DNA of 64,000 nt, from positions 310,001-374,000 of the forward strand of contig NW_025767227.1 of NCBI RefSeq assembly GCF_003918875.1, in the 5' to 3' direction. Position numbers and translations under genes: made by a program. The notes under the pieces were generated by a model. The model worked only from the letters and a program-made list of their open reading frames with translations. It was not told where the DNA came from and made no database searches. Positions 61,854 through 64,000 of this stretch are shown here, piece after piece. The number at the start of each line of letters is the position of its first letter. The stretch's first letter is position 1. Origin of the DNA: Haliotis rubra. Its lineage: Eukaryota.

Positions 61854-62978
61854 ATGCAGTTCATGCTGGAGACAATGTATGTCGCTACCGTCGGCGTGAT
61901 CGCCCTTTTCGTCTTCGTGGTATGGTACTACCGCCGCAACAAGCACACACTTCCAGACCTGTATTATCTTGACTCGGACCTCCATCGACACATCATCGGA
62001 ACCAAGCCTGGTTTTACCTCCCCTTACAGGCCGCCATTTTGGCTGCAGAACAACCATCTACATACTTTCGTTGCAGCCTTGATTCCAAAAGTAAAACTTT
62101 GTTTCAAGCGGGAGTACATCAATCTGGACGATGGCGGCGCTGTTGCCTTGGACTGGGTACAAGACAAACTTGACTCTCTTACCGATACAAGTCCGATTTT
62201 CTTAGTGTTGCCGAGTCTATCGGCGTCCGCGGATGATATGGCCGAACTCTGCGACACTGCGTCGAAGCGAGGTTACCGAGTTGTAGTGTTTAACAAACGT
62301 GGACACGGGGATTCCGTATTGGCGACGCCAAAACTGCAAGGGTTTGGTGATGCGAAGGATATGAGACGCTGTGTGGAGTATTTGCACGACGAACACCCCG
62401 CAGCAAAAATTGTCGCTGTTGGCTCCAGTGCAGGGTCGGGACTTTTGATGTCTTATCTCAGTGAATACGGAGCTGACTGTATCCTAGCAACAGCGGTATG
62501 TCTATGCCCAGGGTATGACTCATTAGACGTGTTTACTAAGCCTATGAATAATGTCTATGAATATATTCTACTTTCGTCCTTGAAGAAAATTCTGAAGAAA
62601 CATACCAAGATGCTGTGTCAGTTAATTGACTTGAGAGCGGCGTTCAGAGCGACAAATTTTAAGGAATTTGACAAACAGGTCTACTGTAAATTCTACGGTT
62701 ACAAAGACAGTCTTGAGTATTGGCAGCGTCAGAACCCGATGAGAAATATCGATAATGTATCGCCTCCCATCATGTGTGTTACCAGCTTGGATGATCCCAT
62801 ATTCATGGCCAGATATGTACCATTCAACATTTTTCGAGAGAATTCGAATTGGTTGCTAGTGACTACAAACAAGGGAGGTCACTGTGGTTTCATTGAAGAA
62901 TCGACACTGAAATCTTGGTCTGATAGACTAGCACTTGACTATATCGACGCTGTGTTAGAATTCCAAGCTCATAAATAG
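61854..62978 (+). CDS. ABHD15: ABHD15-like alpha/beta hydrolase copy 4, intact, 374 aa
   Basis: Uninterrupted ORF; ATG chosen by alignment with the paralogs; GSSAG at 62421-62435, DDP and GGHCGF. The ABHD15 assignment rests on recalled similarity (LQxFGD.xD, PAA.L, GS.LL.SYLGE.G); the ABHD1/2/3/15 family call is firmer than the ortholog call. Confidence 0.92.
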   Translation: MQFMLETMYVATVGVIALFVFVVWYYRRNKHTLPDLYYLDSDLHRHIIGTKPGFTSPYRPPFWLQNNHLHTFVAALIPKVKLCFKREYINLDDGGAVALDWVQDKLDSLTDTSPIFLVLPSLSASADDMAELCDTASKRGYRVVVFNKRGHGDSVLATPKLQGFGDAKDMRRCVEYLHDEHPAAKIVAVGSSAGSGLLMSYLSEYGADCILATAVCLCPGYDSLDVFTKPMNNVYEYILLSSLKKILKKHTKMLCQLIDLRAAFRATNFKEFDKQVYCKFYGYKDSLEYWQRQNPMRNIDNVSPPIMCVTSLDDPIFMARYVPFNIFRENSNWLLVTTNKGGHCGFIEESTLKSWSDRLALDYIDAVLEFQAHK

Positions 62979-63230
62979 ATTCACGTCAAATGGATTTCAG
63001 CTATGTGGCTTATGGACACCACAAGTTTCTTTTAACCTCCGACAAAAGGCCACCCGCTATTTAAAGGGGCATATTATGTGTGTCTGGTAACTGTAATATG
63101 GGTACTATAATGTGTAACCATAAAGTCTTAGATTGAGAAACAACTTACAAACTTAGTTTCCAGCGATGATGGCGCGCATTCAACTTGCATTCAACGTGTA
63201 ATCCCCTTCCCACTTGTTATGGTAAATTGC

Positions 63231-63389
63231 GTGAGTGAGTGAGTGTAGTTTTACACCAGTTTTACCAATATTCCGCAATATCAAGGCGGGGGACACCAGA
63301 AATGGGATTCACACATTGTACCCATGTGGGGAATCGAACCCAGGTCATCGTCGTGACGAGCGAACACTTTAACCACTAGGCTACCCCAC
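63231..63389 (-). mobile_element. SINE family A
   Basis: Family consensus. Confidence 0.87.
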
Positions 63390-63505
63390 TGGTACTGTAC
63401 TGGTACAAACTATGTGTCATAGGCAAATCTCTTGCATATACTGAACAAACCAGTTGTGGCAAGTCATGGGTATTACTTATCGTGGACACACGCAGTGTCA
63501 GTTTA

Positions 63506-63695
63506 ACCCGGGATCGAGTGGTCAGGCTCGCTGACTTGCAAATGGTTGACACATGTCATCTTATCCCAAATTGCGTAGATCGATGTTTATGATGTTGATC
63601 ACTAGATATTTCTAGTCCAGACTCGATTATTTACAGACCGCCGCCATATGGCTGGAATATTGCTGTTTGCGGCGTAAAACAACAAAACAACCAAA
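63506..63695 (+). mobile_element. Family B, 5'-truncated
   Basis: Matches the body and tail of the 60853 copy. Confidence 0.85.
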
Positions 63696-64000
63696 TCAGT
63701 GTAACCTCTATATGTAACAATAAAGGACTTCTTGAGAAGCTTCGTTTTGTCAACACGATTTGTTAAAAATTAGATAGCACAAAATCCTTTCAATAAAGAT
63801 ATATCACCACATATGATAATCATCTGTTTATGAATCACTTTCAAGTGGTGATAACACCAGGTGTTTGTCCAGCTGGTGACATCCGTCATAAACACATGCA
63901 AAGGCAAGGCACCTGTTCACCGAGAAAGGCACCGGACATTTGGTACAAGTGCAACTAAGGTATTTTATCGGACGTGTTTGATCATTTGTCTTTTCGATCT

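Overview
This is eukaryotic, AT-rich, repeat-dense invertebrate genomic DNA. The SINE families suggest a mollusc, possibly a gastropod such as abalone; that is recollection-based inference. Two gene loci are present. (1) A complete 11-exon matrix metalloproteinase gene lies on the minus strand (CDS 8419->1587, 556 aa after manual splicing, all introns GT-AG and phase-consistent). It has a signal peptide, cysteine switch PRCGFRD, zinc motif [11 protein letters not shown], a Thr-rich hinge and a hemopexin domain, plus a TATA/Inr core promoter. (2) A tandem array of four plus-strand alpha/beta-hydrolase genes with intronless CDSs starts at 36184, 41441, 50610 and 61854. They most resemble ABHD15 but keep a full Ser-Asp-His triad. 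Three of the four carry a single 1-nt homopolymer indel, more likely assembly errors than pseudogenisation. The rest is mobile and repeated DNA: about 20 copies of a tRNA-headed SINE; a second SINE-like family sharing its 3' tail but headed by a predicted pseudoknot; LINE and Tc1 remnants; many MITEs and hairpins; a 3.6-kb TIR element with inverted 21-bp arrays; 22-, 34-, 50-, 53- and 58-bp satellites; a 430-bp inverted duplication; and a 2.6-kb tandem duplication. The best leads are the apparently active ABHD15-like array, the pseudoknot-headed retroposon, and a minisatellite that multiplies an MMP splice acceptor five times.
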